Source: Candidatus Hadarchaeales archaeon (GTDB lineage Archaea; Hadarchaeota; Hadarchaeia; Hadarchaeales; Hadarchaeaceae). From it: 64,000 nucleotides of DNA. Shown here one piece after another: positions 28,409 through 38,460 of the stretch. The position numbers were made by a program, and so were the translations under genes. The notes beneath the pieces are model-generated. The model had not been told where the DNA came from and made no database searches. It saw only the letters and a program-made list of their open reading frames with translations. Position 1 is the stretch's first letter; each line of letters opens with the position of its first letter. The stretch spans positions 64,147-128,146 of the forward strand of contig JAVZGN010000001.1 of assembly GCA_038872135.1 (NCBI GenBank). Reading direction: 5' to 3'.

Positions 28409-29523
28409 GAAATTACCCGTGAATATCCATATCTCCTTTTGTCATAAAACGGTGGGGTTGTGATCTCTGCTCTGGCAAGTTTCCCCCTGATATCTATGAA
28501 GACTGTTTCCCCCTCTTTCAATCCAGCCGGAACATATCCCATCGCTATTCCAATTTTTAAAAGAGGTGAAAATGTCCCAGAAGTTACTTCCCCAATTTTC
28601 TCGTTATCTCTCATAATTGAGTACCCCTTCCGAGGAATCTCTCTTCCAGCCATCTTCAATCCAACTCTGAGTTTTTTCACCCCCCCTACCTTTTGGGAGA
28701 GAAGCGGCTCTTTCCCAATAAAATCTTTTTTGTCAAACTTCACCACGAACCCGAGCCCCGCTTCTAAAGGAGTGATGTCTTCACTCAGCTCATTCCCATA
28801 GAGGCAAAGCCCAGCCTCTATTCTCGTTGTATCTCTAGCTCCAAGCCCGCAGGGAAGGATCTCGCCAGCCCCGAGAATGGCCTTCCAGACTTTTTCAGCC
28901 CTCTCGGGAGCTTCCCGCGTGACATCCATCAAAAATATTTCAAAACCATCCTCCCCGGTATAGCCGGTCCTGCTGATGAGGGCTTTTTCACCGGCCACCT
29001 CCCCCCAAGCCGCCTTGAATCTTTTAACCTTGGAGAGGTCAATGGATGCGATTTTTTGAAGGAATTCTTGCGCTTTTGGCCCCTGCAACGCCAGGAGGAC
29101 TGTTGTCATCGTGATATCTTTCATTATTGCCTCTTTCGGCAGGTGCTGTTCAAACCATGAAACAATCTTCTCACGGTTGACGGCGTTGCACACAACTATG
29201 AATTTCTCTTCGCCCAGCCTGTAAACGAGGATGTCATCCTTCACCCCGCCCCTTTCGTTGAGGACTGTAGAGTACTGTGCATCGCCGGGCTGGAGCTTAG
29301 AAACATCATTTGAAGTCACCAGCTGAAGGAATTCCATAGCATTCTTCCCTTCCACAAGTATTTCCCCCATGTGGCTGACATCGAAGAGCCCGGCCTTTTC
29401 TCTCACCGCCATGTGCTCTTCTTGGATAGAGCTGAAGCTCATGGGGCATTCCCACCCAGCGAACTCCACCATCTTCGCTCCGCTTTCCCGGTGGACCCGA
29501 TCGAGCTGGAGAAGGTGCATCAA
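28405..29523 (-). CDS. gcvT: Glycine cleavage system T protein (aminomethyltransferase)
   Basis: LFDVSHMGEILVEGKNA, a typical GcvT N-terminal motif; ~370 aa. Confidence 0.85.
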   Translation of the reverse strand: MMHLLQLDRVHRESGAKMVEFAGWECPMSFSSIQEEHMAVREKAGLFDVSHMGEILVEGKNAMEFLQLVTSNDVSKLQPGDAQYSTVLNERGGVKDDILVYRLGEEKFIVVCNAVNREKIVSWFEQHLPKEAIMKDITMTTVLLALQGPKAQEFLQKIASIDLSKVKRFKAAWGEVAGEKALISRTGYTGEDGFEIFLMDVTREAPERAEKVWKAILGAGEILPCGLGARDTTRIEAGLCLYGNELSEDITPLEAGLGFVVKFDKKDFIGKEPLLSQKVGGVKKLRVGLKMAGREIPRKGYSIMRDNEKIGEVTSGTFSPLLKIGIAMGYVPAGLKEGETVFIDIRGKLARAEITTPPFYDKRRYGYSRVIS

Positions 29524-29589
29524 TTCCTGTCAAATGGAAAAAACTTAAATGTTTTTGTCATCATTTCGTGTGTCGAAGATTTGCTGAAG

Positions 29590-30771
29590 TCAAGAACTTT
29601 TCCTGCTCAACTGAAACTCAACACTTTCCTCGACAATGTCTTTTAAATTTAGGACTGGTCGCCATCCCGTCTTTTGGCAGAACTTAGAATTGTCCCCCAC
29701 GAACCCATGAATTAGCGCCCCGGGATACAGTTCATATGGCCTGAGTCCAGAGACATCGCAATAGATTTTTTCGCTTGGGATGTCGTACAGTCCACACGCG
29801 ATTTTGACAAAATCTCCGGTCAAAACCCCGCGACCAGAGCACACATTATATGGATTGTTTGGCTCACACTTTTCTGCGGCCAATAGATGCGCGTTGACAC
29901 TGTCTCTGACGTGAGTGAAATCCCGCAAGGAATTGGGATTTTGAATGATGATGCGATTACTCTTTCCCTTTTGGTAGGCTGCTATCTGCTTCGCCACCAC
30001 CATTGTAAAGAATCTATCGTCCCTCGCCCTTTTCATTTTCTTTGGATTCCCCACCCCTTCCTGGTTAAACGTCCTGATTTTTAGCACGGGGAGGCCATGG
30101 TTGTAAAAAAAGCTTTCCCCGATGTATTCCGTCGCTATTTTGCTGACGCTGTAGGGAGAAGTTGGCCTGAACGGCTGAGTTTCCTTTATGGGGAGCTCGT
30201 TTACCCCCATCACATACCCATATTGCTCAGATGATAGTGCAGTGTAAACCGTCTGAATGCTGTCCCCGGCATGTTTTGAGAGCGCCTTGAGCAGGTTTAT
30301 TGTTGACCCCACGTTGTTTTGGAAAACCAAGTTCGGTTCCTTTAGACTAGTTGGCACAAAAGATATCGCCGCATAGTGAAAGAGGATCTCCGGCTTTTCC
30401 TCCTTGATTATTTCATCGACATGGCCATAATCCATTAAGTCGCAGGCATGCAGCCTGATCGAGTTTTTTAAATCGCTTAGGTTTGGATATTTCTGTAATT
30501 CGGGGCTTTTCACGATACCCACCACCTCTGAACCGAGCTCGATTAGCCTCTCGACGAGGTTGCTACCGACGAACCCCCCAACGCCGGTAACCAGAACTTT
30601 TTTATTTTTCCAGAATTTCCGCCTGGGTGATGAAGACTTCAAATTTCTAGTCCGCTGATAGTCTTCCCAATTCTCATCATCGATCAAAATATTCTTTTCA
30701 TAGAGGGGGCGCAATTTTTGTTTTATGTCCATTTTTTTCATCACTTCGTCAAGGGGTTTTAATTTTGGCAT
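29590..30771 (-). CDS. NAD-dependent epimerase/dehydratase family protein (extended SDR with N-terminal extension)
   Basis: VLVTGVGGFVGSNLVERL motif; YxxxK. Confidence 0.75.
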   Translation of the reverse strand: MPKLKPLDEVMKKMDIKQKLRPLYEKNILIDDENWEDYQRTRNLKSSSPRRKFWKNKKVLVTGVGGFVGSNLVERLIELGSEVVGIVKSPELQKYPNLSDLKNSIRLHACDLMDYGHVDEIIKEEKPEILFHYAAISFVPTSLKEPNLVFQNNVGSTINLLKALSKHAGDSIQTVYTALSSEQYGYVMGVNELPIKETQPFRPTSPYSVSKIATEYIGESFFYNHGLPVLKIRTFNQEGVGNPKKMKRARDDRFFTMVVAKQIAAYQKGKSNRIIIQNPNSLRDFTHVRDSVNAHLLAAEKCEPNNPYNVCSGRGVLTGDFVKIACGLYDIPSEKIYCDVSGLRPYELYPGALIHGFVGDNSKFCQKTGWRPVLNLKDIVEESVEFQLSRKSS

Positions 30772-30888
30772 TTTCTCTAATTCTTAATCAGCCTAGACTT
30801 AAAAAGGGGATAAGTTCTCTACATTCGAGAACTCGGCCCAGATTGTGGAAAGTGAGGGATTAATACAACCAGCCGCAATATTCTACCG

Positions 30889-32046
30889 ATGGACTTCTGC
30901 TTTGTGGAAGAGGTCTTTCCGTACAAAAGGGATGGCGAGTTGGTGATGCAAACGGGTAGCGGAGCCCACGCATTCTTCTTAGCCAGAGAACTCACGAGAC
31001 GGGGGCATGAGGTGAGAATGGTATGTGGGAGAGTTCCAGGTACTCCGGCAAAAGAGGTGATCGATGGAATAGAGTTCAAGAGATATGGAGAGTATGTCCC
31101 ATGGTCCGAAAGACCGCCGGTGATAGGCGTTAAGAACGCTCTCCTCAACAATGTGGTTGGGCTGAGACTGCTAAATGAGGAGATAAAGCGCAAAAGGCCG
31201 GATTTTCTCGTCGCAGGCATGTCATTTTCAGCACCGAGAGCAATCTTTCTTTCAAAAATTCACAGGGTGCCATTTATCGCCGGGGTTTACGATCCAAACG
31301 ATTTGCGGTTGTATTTTAGGCATGTGGAGGGGACCATCTTAAACTTTCTCGGCGGAATCTACGTGTGGCTTTACACAATTATCCCAAAATATGCAGATCT
31401 CATCGAGACCCTTCTACCAACGACAATTCCAGAGCTGAGTGATAAATTTGGTATAGACGAGAAGAAGATATTTGCCACCGGGCATGGAGTAGACACGAGC
31501 AGATACAAATATTCAGAAGATAAGGAAAATCTTATAGCAGTAGTTGGCAGAATCACCCCCTATAAAAGAGTAGACATGGCGATAGAGATATTCAGGAGAG
31601 TTAGGGAAGAAATAAAAGATGCAAAGCTTGTTGTGATAGGTGGCGGTGAAGACAGAAAGCGCATAGAGGAACTGGTTCGCGGCGATGAAAGCATAAAGCT
31701 TGCGGGCATCCTGCCAGAAGATGAAAAGATAAGGATACTGAGGCGGAGCAAAATTCTCTTATCATGTTCGGAGTTTGAGGGTTTCGGGGTCCCGCCGATT
31801 GAGGCGCTCGCGTGCGGAGCAGTTCCGGTTCTCTCAGACATACCGGCGCACCGGGAAGTGATAAAGAACCACGGCTACATCTTTTCAAATGTTGACGATG
31901 CCGTCGATGAGATAGTCCGGCTTATGGCCGATGAAAAGAGGAGGAAGAAGATGGCTAGAAGAGGACGTGTTTTTGTTGAGTCGAACTACACTTGGTCAAA
32001 GGTTTGCGATAGATTTTTGGACGGCATAAGCCGATGGAACGGTTGA
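30889..32046 (+). CDS. Glycosyltransferase family 4 (GT-B)
   Basis: C-terminal EGFGVPPIEALACGAVPV retaining-GT4 signature. Confidence 0.8.
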   Translation: MDFCFVEEVFPYKRDGELVMQTGSGAHAFFLARELTRRGHEVRMVCGRVPGTPAKEVIDGIEFKRYGEYVPWSERPPVIGVKNALLNNVVGLRLLNEEIKRKRPDFLVAGMSFSAPRAIFLSKIHRVPFIAGVYDPNDLRLYFRHVEGTILNFLGGIYVWLYTIIPKYADLIETLLPTTIPELSDKFGIDEKKIFATGHGVDTSRYKYSEDKENLIAVVGRITPYKRVDMAIEIFRRVREEIKDAKLVVIGGGEDRKRIEELVRGDESIKLAGILPEDEKIRILRRSKILLSCSEFEGFGVPPIEALACGAVPVLSDIPAHREVIKNHGYIFSNVDDAVDEIVRLMADEKRRKKMARRGRVFVESNYTWSKVCDRFLDGISRWNG

Positions 32047-32246
32047 TGAGTTTGTCCAAACGCTGCTTCCTAAGATGAATTAGAGGAAGCGCGAGCATCG
32101 GGATACAGCGGTTTACCGAGTTCCCCACAGCTCCCAATGACAAACGCATTTTCGAAAACAATGGAGTGGCGGAGCGCATTGACTACCAGCTCAGAGGAAG
32201 GGAAAACCGTTTTAATAAAAAGGAAGAGAATAGGCGGCGGGAGAGC

Positions 32247-32771
32247 ATGCCAATAGAGATAAAAGAGGAGATTCAGGTGCCGGAAGGAGTTGAGTTCAGG
32301 GTGGATGGAAGAGCTGTGGAAATCATCGGACCAAAAGGGAGGATTAAAAGAGAGTTCGGATTTCCAAGCGTTACCCTCAGCGTCGATGGAAGAAAAATAA
32401 TTGTGAAGACCATGGGAAAGAGAAAAGAGGACAGGGCAGCAGTAGGCACCGTGAGAGCTCACATCAGAAACATGATCATTGGAGTGACTGATGGCTTCAC
32501 AAAAAAGCTCAGGGTCGTCTATTCACACTTCCCGATCACAGTAAAGGTGGAGGGAAAGAAGGTCTTGATAAGCAACTTCCTAGGAGAGCGGGCGCCGCGC
32601 CAGGCGAAAATAGTTGGGGAGACTGAGGTGGAAGTGGCCGGGGACGAAATTCTTGTGAAAGGGATAAGCAAGGATGATGTCGGGCAGACTGCAATCAACA
32701 TAGAGAGAGCCACTGCGGTGAAATACAGGGACAGGAGAATCTTTCAGGATGGATGCTTTATAGTGGAGTGA
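32247..32771 (+). CDS. rpl6: 50S ribosomal protein L6 (uL6)
   Basis: Two-repeat L6 fold; start taken at MPIEIKEE (the ORF-track start at 32166 is likely too long). Confidence 0.85.
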   Translation: MPIEIKEEIQVPEGVEFRVDGRAVEIIGPKGRIKREFGFPSVTLSVDGRKIIVKTMGKRKEDRAAVGTVRAHIRNMIIGVTDGFTKKLRVVYSHFPITVKVEGKKVLISNFLGERAPRQAKIVGETEVEVAGDEILVKGISKDDVGQTAINIERATAVKYRDRRIFQDGCFIVE

Positions 32772-32775
32772 TTGG

Positions 32776-33120
32776 ATGAAGCCAAAGTTCAGGAGACAGG
32801 ACTGGTGGGCGGTGAAAAGGGTTGGGGAGAAGTGGCGGAGACCCCGGGGCATCGACAGCAAGATGAGGCTCAAAAAGAAGGGGAAACCCCCACTAGTTTC
32901 AGTTGGTTACAGGTCGCCAAAGACGGCGCGAAACCTTCACCCGTCTGGAAAAGTGGAAATCTTGGTAAGAAACATGAAGGACCTTGAAAAGGCAGACCCA
33001 GCAAGGAATGTGGTTAGGATAGCTTCCGGTGCTGGGTTGCGGCTCAGGCTTCAAATCGCTAAAAAAGCGGCTGAGAGGGGAATAAGAGTTCTCAACCAGC
33101 CAAAGGAGGAGAAAAGATGA
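32776..33120 (+). CDS. rpl32e: 50S ribosomal protein L32e
   Basis: WRRPRGIDSKMR...GYRSPK signature. Confidence 0.85.
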   Translation: MKPKFRRQDWWAVKRVGEKWRRPRGIDSKMRLKKKGKPPLVSVGYRSPKTARNLHPSGKVEILVRNMKDLEKADPARNVVRIASGAGLRLRLQIAKKAAERGIRVLNQPKEEKR

Positions 33121-33566
33121 GGCTGGACAAAAAGAAAAAAATTGCTGCCCAGATCCTCGGGGTCGGCGTGAGCAGGGTGTGGATAGACCCAGAAAGAGCA
33201 GATGAAGTGGCTGCAGCTCTGACCCGGGAAGACATAAGGGCGCTGGTCAAGGACGGCGTCATAAGAAAAAGAGATGAGGCAACCCCAAGCAGGGGAAGGT
33301 GGAGGGAGAGGATGAAGAAGAGGAGAGCTGGGAGAAGAAGAGGGCATGGGAGCAGAAAGGGTGCTTCCGGGGCAAGAACACCTAGAAAGGAAAAATGGAT
33401 GGGAACTGTGAGGGCGGTGAGGGAAAGGCTCAGGGAGCTCCGGGAGAAAGGGGTACTGAGCAGCAGAGATTATAGGCGACTTTATAGGATGGCCGGAGGG
33501 GGGGCCTTTAAGAGCAGGGCCCACGTCGACGCCTACCTGCGAGAGAGGGGGATTTTGAAGGGATGA
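33117..33566 (+). CDS. rpl19e: 50S ribosomal protein L19e
   Basis: LDKKKKIAAQILGVG N-terminus; Arg-rich C-terminus. Confidence 0.85.
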   Translation: MRLDKKKKIAAQILGVGVSRVWIDPERADEVAAALTREDIRALVKDGVIRKRDEATPSRGRWRERMKKRRAGRRRGHGSRKGASGARTPRKEKWMGTVRAVRERLRELREKGVLSSRDYRRLYRMAGGGAFKSRAHVDAYLRERGILKG

Positions 33567-34159
33567 GCATGAAGCATGGACCGAGGTTCAGGGTTCAGTT
33601 CAGAAGAAAGAGGGAAGGGAAGACAGACTATCGGCTGAGATTGAAACTTCTGAAGTCTGGGAAACCCAGGCTAGTGGTGAGACCCTCCTCAAAGCATTCC
33701 AGCGCCCAAGTGGTCAGAGCCTCCAGCATCGGCGATGTAGTTGTGGCATCTGCCCACTCAAAGCAACTTCAGAAGTATGGGTGGAAGGGGGGGACGGCAA
33801 ATATCCCCGCGGCATATCTCGTTGGGCTCCTGTGTGGAAAAAGAGCGGCAAAAGCGAAAGTCGGGGAGTGCGTTTTGGACATGGGTTTTCACGTTCCTGT
33901 GAAGGGAGGAAAAATATTCTCACTGGTGAAAGGAGCGATTGATGGGGGAATTGCTGTGAACTGTAGTGAAGATGTTTTTCCAGATGAGGGCAGAATCCGA
34001 GGGGAGCACATAGCCGCCTTCGCCAGACACCTCAAGGAAACCTCTCCAGAACTCTACAGGAAGAGGTTCTCAGGATATCTGGCTGCGGGACTTCCTCCCG
34101 AAGAGCTCCCCGACCACTTTAATTCAGTTAGGCAGAAGATATTGGGGGCGGAGGTATAG
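33563..34159 (+). CDS. rpl18: 50S ribosomal protein L18 (uL18)
   Basis: RFRVQFRRKREGKTDYRLR signature. Confidence 0.85.
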   Translation: MSMKHGPRFRVQFRRKREGKTDYRLRLKLLKSGKPRLVVRPSSKHSSAQVVRASSIGDVVVASAHSKQLQKYGWKGGTANIPAAYLVGLLCGKRAAKAKVGECVLDMGFHVPVKGGKIFSLVKGAIDGGIAVNCSEDVFPDEGRIRGEHIAAFARHLKETSPELYRKRFSGYLAAGLPPEELPDHFNSVRQKILGAEV

Positions 34160-34161
34160 GA

Positions 34162-34827
34162 ATGGAAAGAAAGGGTTTTGACATCAATCTCTGGGAGCCG
34201 AAGACATCTCTCGGGAGGAAGGTGAAGGCTGGGGAAATCACAAGCATCTCTGAAATCCTCAGGAGCGGACAGAGAATAATGGAGCCAGAGATAGTTGCCG
34301 CCCTAGTCCCGGATATGGGGGAGGAAATCCTCAGCCTTGGGATGATGCAGCGGATGCACAAGTCTGGAAGGAGGGTGAGATACAGGATAGTTGTGGTAGT
34401 AGGAAATGGTGATGGAATTGTGGGGGTAGGTGCGGCGAGCGCTAGGGAGGTTGGGGCAGCGGTTGAGAAGGCCACAAATGCCGCGAGGCTGAATGTGATT
34501 GAGGTTGCGAGGGGATGCGGGAGCTGGGAGTGTGGATGTGGGAGGCCCCACTCCGTTCCAGCGAGGGTCAGCGGTAAGAGTGGGAGCGTTGAGGTTTCGC
34601 TGAAGCCCGCCCCGAGAGGGCTTGGAATAGTGGCGGCCGAGGTCCCGAAGATAATTTTGAGGATGGCGGGGGTGAAAGATGTCTGGACGCAGACCTTCGG
34701 GGAGACGAGGAGCACATACAACTTTGCCTTTGCAACATATGAGGCACTCAAGCAAACGTCCAGGCTGGCTTTTCCGGAAAGGATTGCCAAAAGTGTGGTG
34801 ATCGGAAAGGCTGGTGACCATGGTTAA
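34162..34827 (+). CDS. rps5: 30S ribosomal protein S5 (uS5)
   Basis: Central S5 dsRBD region and C-terminal domain; conserved position in the operon. Confidence 0.85.
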   Translation: MERKGFDINLWEPKTSLGRKVKAGEITSISEILRSGQRIMEPEIVAALVPDMGEEILSLGMMQRMHKSGRRVRYRIVVVVGNGDGIVGVGAASAREVGAAVEKATNAARLNVIEVARGCGSWECGCGRPHSVPARVSGKSGSVEVSLKPAPRGLGIVAAEVPKIILRMAGVKDVWTQTFGETRSTYNFAFATYEALKQTSRLAFPERIAKSVVIGKAGDHG

Positions 34828-35284
34828 GCTTATGGTTGTGAGGATCAGGGGCGGGGTGAAGGCCAGAAAGGAGGTGAATGATACTCTTGCGATGTTGGGC
34901 CTCACGAGGATAAACCACTGCGTTCTGGTCGACTACACCGATTCAATTCAGGGGATGCTCCAGAAAGCTAAAGACTACATAACCTGGGGCGAAGCAAGCC
35001 CAGAAACTGTTGAAATCCTTTTGAGGAAGAGAGGACGGCTGGTGGGGGATAGAAGAGTTACGGAAGAAATCGTTCAAAAGGCTGGATTTTCATCCATCAA
35101 GGATTTCGCCGAGAAGCTCTGCGCGGGAAAAGCTGAGATTTCTGCGGTTCCAGGGCTGAAGAAGGTCTTCAGATTGCACCCTCCCAGAAGGGGCTTCAAG
35201 TCGACTAAGCGACACTTTGGAGACTTGGGAGACCTGGGTTATCGGGGGGAGGCGATAAATGAACTTGTGAAGAGGATGGTGTGA
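34814..35284 (+). CDS. rpl30: 50S ribosomal protein L30 (uL30)
   Basis: VVRIRGGVKARKEVNDTLAMLGL signature. Confidence 0.85.
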   Translation: MTMVKLMVVRIRGGVKARKEVNDTLAMLGLTRINHCVLVDYTDSIQGMLQKAKDYITWGEASPETVEILLRKRGRLVGDRRVTEEIVQKAGFSSIKDFAEKLCAGKAEISAVPGLKKVFRLHPPRRGFKSTKRHFGDLGDLGYRGEAINELVKRMV

Positions 35285-35757
35285 AGATGGTGGTTAGGAG
35301 AAGGAGAAAGGTTGTGAAGAAAAGGGGGAGTAGAACCCACGGACGAGGATGCGCAAAGAGGGGAAGGAAAAGCGGGGAGAAAGGCGGAACGGGGATGAGC
35401 GGCGGCCACAAGCACAAGTGGTCCTATGTAATCAGATATATGCCGGACTATTTTGGAAAGCACGGGTTCAAGATGCACCCAGTTACCAGAGAAGCGCCAA
35501 CGATGAATGTTGGGGAAATAGAGGAGAGACTTGAGGAGCTGATCGCTCAGGGGGTAGCTTCCCGGGAAGGGGAGAAGATAAGAGTGGACTTGGGCAAGCT
35601 CGGGATTTCCAAGGTTCTTGGAGGGGGAAGGGTGACCAAGCCAATTGAGGTGGTGGCCGGGGAATTTTCAGCTTTGGCAAAGGAGAAGCTTGAGAAGGCG
35701 GGGGGCAGGGCGATAGCTGGTGAAGGAAATGGAAGAAGTGGAGAAGCCCAGGTCTAA
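35281..35757 (+). CDS. rpl15: 50S ribosomal protein L15 (uL15)
   Basis: Gly/Arg-rich N-terminus GRGCAKRGRKSGEKGGTGMSGGHKHKW. Confidence 0.85.
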   Translation: MKMVVRRRRKVVKKRGSRTHGRGCAKRGRKSGEKGGTGMSGGHKHKWSYVIRYMPDYFGKHGFKMHPVTREAPTMNVGEIEERLEELIAQGVASREGEKIRVDLGKLGISKVLGGGRVTKPIEVVAGEFSALAKEKLEKAGGRAIAGEGNGRSGEAQV

Positions 35758-37060
35758 GCTCTACGCCCTTGAGCCGCTGCTCCGCCACATCCCAGAGATA
35801 GAAGTTCCAAAGCGGCATGTTCCATTCAAAGAAAAATTCATGTGGACTGTTGCGGCGCTCGTCATCTTCTTTGTGATGGCTCAGATTTCTCTTTACGGAA
35901 TTCCTCCGGGACATGGTGTTGGAGAACTCCTGGGGCAGCTCAAGTATGTGTTTGCGAGCCAGACAGGAACTTTGATGGAGCTGGGAATCGGTCCGATAGT
36001 CACAGCTGGGATTATCCTCCAGCTGCTGGTCGGGAGCAAGGTGATCAACCTGGACATGACGGATCCAGATGACAGGGCGCTATTCACGGGGGCGCAGAAG
36101 TTTCTGGCCGTTCTCATGGGGCTTTTTGAGGGAAGCATGTTGGTGCTCGCTGGAAGGTATGGGGTGGGAATAGACACTCCCGCAGGTCTTTTCATTCTCT
36201 TTCAGCTGGTCTTGGGCGCCGTCATAGTGATTTATCTCGATGAGATAGTTTCAAAATATGGGCTGGGGAGTGGGGTTAGCCTTTTCATAGCCGGAGGGGT
36301 CTGTATGACCCTCTTTTGGCAGATATTTAACCCATCGACAGGGGTCCTCCCGGCTTTCTTCCGGGACATAGCCAGCGGAGAGGATCCAGTCCAGGCGTTT
36401 TTTGCTCCCGGGCCAGCGAACATGATGGGACTTGTCGCAACGATTCTCGTCTTCCTCGTCGTTGTCTATGCGGAGAGCCTCAGGGTCGAGATCCCGGTTG
36501 CCCACGAGAAGTATGGGGGCATCAGGGGAAAATATCCAATAAAGTTCCTCTACACATCAAACATCCCGGTGATCCTGGCCATGACAATTTTTGCAAACTT
36601 CAAGATAATTTCTGCCATCTTCAACATCCCCTGGCTCACTCAAGTCACAACACCGCCAAACGGCATCCACACCGTCATTGAAGCGCCCATCAACACCATC
36701 ATCTATGTCATAATTTTGCTTGGGTTTGCAGTAGGCTTCTCCTGGCTCTGGATTTATATGACGGGCATGACTCCGAGGGACATTGCCCAGCAGCTTGACG
36801 ATGCCGGGATGATCATCCCCGGCTTCAGAAAAGATGTGAGGGTTATGGAAGAGGTTCTCGGCAGGTATGTTCTAACAACCACAATCCTCGGCGGGCTATT
36901 CGTTGGGCTGATCTCTGCTGGAGCGGATGTTTTGGGAGCGATAGGTAGCGGAACCGGGATACTCCTCACTGTAGGGATTATTTATTCCCTCTACGAGCAA
37001 ATTGCTAGGGAGCAGGTGGCTGAAATGTTCCCGGCTGTGAGGAGGTTGATCGGTGAGTAG
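35720..37060 (+). CDS. secY: Preprotein translocase subunit SecY
   Basis: Ten TM segments; position between L15 and adk; GIGPIVTAGIILQLL-type TM2 plug region. Confidence 0.9.
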   Translation: MKEMEEVEKPRSKLYALEPLLRHIPEIEVPKRHVPFKEKFMWTVAALVIFFVMAQISLYGIPPGHGVGELLGQLKYVFASQTGTLMELGIGPIVTAGIILQLLVGSKVINLDMTDPDDRALFTGAQKFLAVLMGLFEGSMLVLAGRYGVGIDTPAGLFILFQLVLGAVIVIYLDEIVSKYGLGSGVSLFIAGGVCMTLFWQIFNPSTGVLPAFFRDIASGEDPVQAFFAPGPANMMGLVATILVFLVVVYAESLRVEIPVAHEKYGGIRGKYPIKFLYTSNIPVILAMTIFANFKIISAIFNIPWLTQVTTPPNGIHTVIEAPINTIIYVIILLGFAVGFSWLWIYMTGMTPRDIAQQLDDAGMIIPGFRKDVRVMEEVLGRYVLTTTILGGLFVGLISAGADVLGAIGSGTGILLTVGIIYSLYEQIAREQVAEMFPAVRRLIGE

Positions 37061-37628
37061 GGTGGCAGTGATAACTGGCGTCCCGGGCTCTGGGAAAAGC
37101 ACTGTGGTTGGAAGAACACTTGAGGAGCTCAGAAAGGAGGGGATTGAATACACTGTTGTGAACTATGGAGATGTGATGCTCGAGCTGATGAGGGAAAAAG
37201 AAGGAATTACCCACAGAGATGACATGAGGAAGGTTCCAACTCAGCGCTACCGGGAAATCCAAAGGGAGGCCGGGAGGAGGATAGCTCAGGTGGCGAAAGA
37301 AAAAAATGTTTTGGTCGATACCCACTGCCTTGTGAAGAAGCCGGAGGGTTACTACCCTGGACTTCCCATCTGGGTCCTGGAGGAGCTCAAGCCAGATCTT
37401 CTCCTGATAGTGGAGGCCGCGCCGGAGGAGATCACGAGGAGGAGGGTGAAAGACGCAGACAGAAAGAGAGATGCAGAGGTTCAGCTTGAGATAGAGGAAC
37501 ACCAGCTTCTGAACAGGGCCACGGCAATGGCCTATGCTGCTCTAACTGGGGCGGCCGTGAAGATAATCAAGAACAGGGACGGAAAATTAAATGAGGCGGT
37601 GGAAGAGATGGTTTCGGTGCTGAGGTGA
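37053..37628 (+). CDS. adkA: Adenylate kinase, archaeal type
   Basis: P-loop GVPGSGKST; ~190 aa archaeal AdkA. Confidence 0.85.
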   Translation: MSRVAVITGVPGSGKSTVVGRTLEELRKEGIEYTVVNYGDVMLELMREKEGITHRDDMRKVPTQRYREIQREAGRRIAQVAKEKNVLVDTHCLVKKPEGYYPGLPIWVLEELKPDLLLIVEAAPEEITRRRVKDADRKRDAEVQLEIEEHQLLNRATAMAYAALTGAAVKIIKNRDGKLNEAVEEMVSVLR

Positions 37629-37632
37629 TCTG

Positions 37633-38454
37633 GTGAAGACGGTTTACTCGCTGGCAATAGCAGTCGTTCTAATTCTTGTGGCAGCTTACGCTGTACAGGC
37701 CACCGCTGGCGAAAAGACGCGAAATCTTGAGAGGATAATCGCCGGGATAGACTCCAAGGTCAGAGAGATGAGGATAAACAGAGAGACTACCGGAACAGTT
37801 AGCCACATTGCGGATCTCTTCAAGTCCACCTTCTCAGAGTACGAGAATGATAATCCAGATCTCTACAGCAGCATTGTGGCGGCTTTTGGAGAGACTCAGT
37901 CTGAGGAGAATATTTTCATCCTCAGGAACAACATCCTAGCGTTTGCTGCCTCATCAGGAATTTCCCTCACCTTTGTTAGGCAGCATTCCCTCCTGATAGT
38001 TTTCTTCATTTCCGCTTTAACTTCTCTTACAGTGACCCTTTTCACGAGGGAGAAGGTTGATTGGAGGATGGTTGGAGAGTATAGGGCGAAGATTTCGGCA
38101 TTCGCAAAAGAATACAGGGATGCAGCGAGAAAAGGTGACAAAAAGCGCATGATGAAGCTTTCGGAGAGAATGGGTGAAATCAATAGAATGCAATCGGTCG
38201 TGATGGTTCAGACGATGAAGCCAACCCTCTACTATTTTGTCCCGCTGATCGTCCTGTGGTATATCCTCCTCTCCATGTTTAGCGGATGGGTGTTTGCATT
38301 CCTTCCCTTCAGGCTTGATCTTCCTTTTGTCGGTCCATTGGTTACCTTTGGAGTTGGCTGGTGGTACTTCATAACTTATCTCGGCTGCTCAACATTCTTC
38401 AGGGGCCTTCTTATAAGGGAGAGCGCCCCAGCGGAAACTGCTGGTGGGAGGTGA
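37633..38454 (+). CDS. DUF106/EMC3-like membrane protein (archaeal YidC/Oxa1-superfamily candidate) with a 130-aa N-terminal extension
   Basis: Conserved position after adk; C-terminal region with MKPTLYYFVP and the LPF...WWYF TM pattern resembling DUF106. Confidence 0.5.
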   Translation: MKTVYSLAIAVVLILVAAYAVQATAGEKTRNLERIIAGIDSKVREMRINRETTGTVSHIADLFKSTFSEYENDNPDLYSSIVAAFGETQSEENIFILRNNILAFAASSGISLTFVRQHSLLIVFFISALTSLTVTLFTREKVDWRMVGEYRAKISAFAKEYRDAARKGDKKRMMKLSERMGEINRMQSVVMVQTMKPTLYYFVPLIVLWYILLSMFSGWVFAFLPFRLDLPFVGPLVTFGVGWWYFITYLGCSTFFRGLLIRESAPAETAGGR

Positions 38455-38460
38455 TGGAAA

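Noticed and set aside
34128-34905. Two long minus-strand ORFs (220 aa, 200 aa) across rpl18/rps5
   Set aside because: They are antisense to strongly supported ribosomal protein genes and are Pro/Ser/His-rich low-complexity translations of a GC-rich coding strand.
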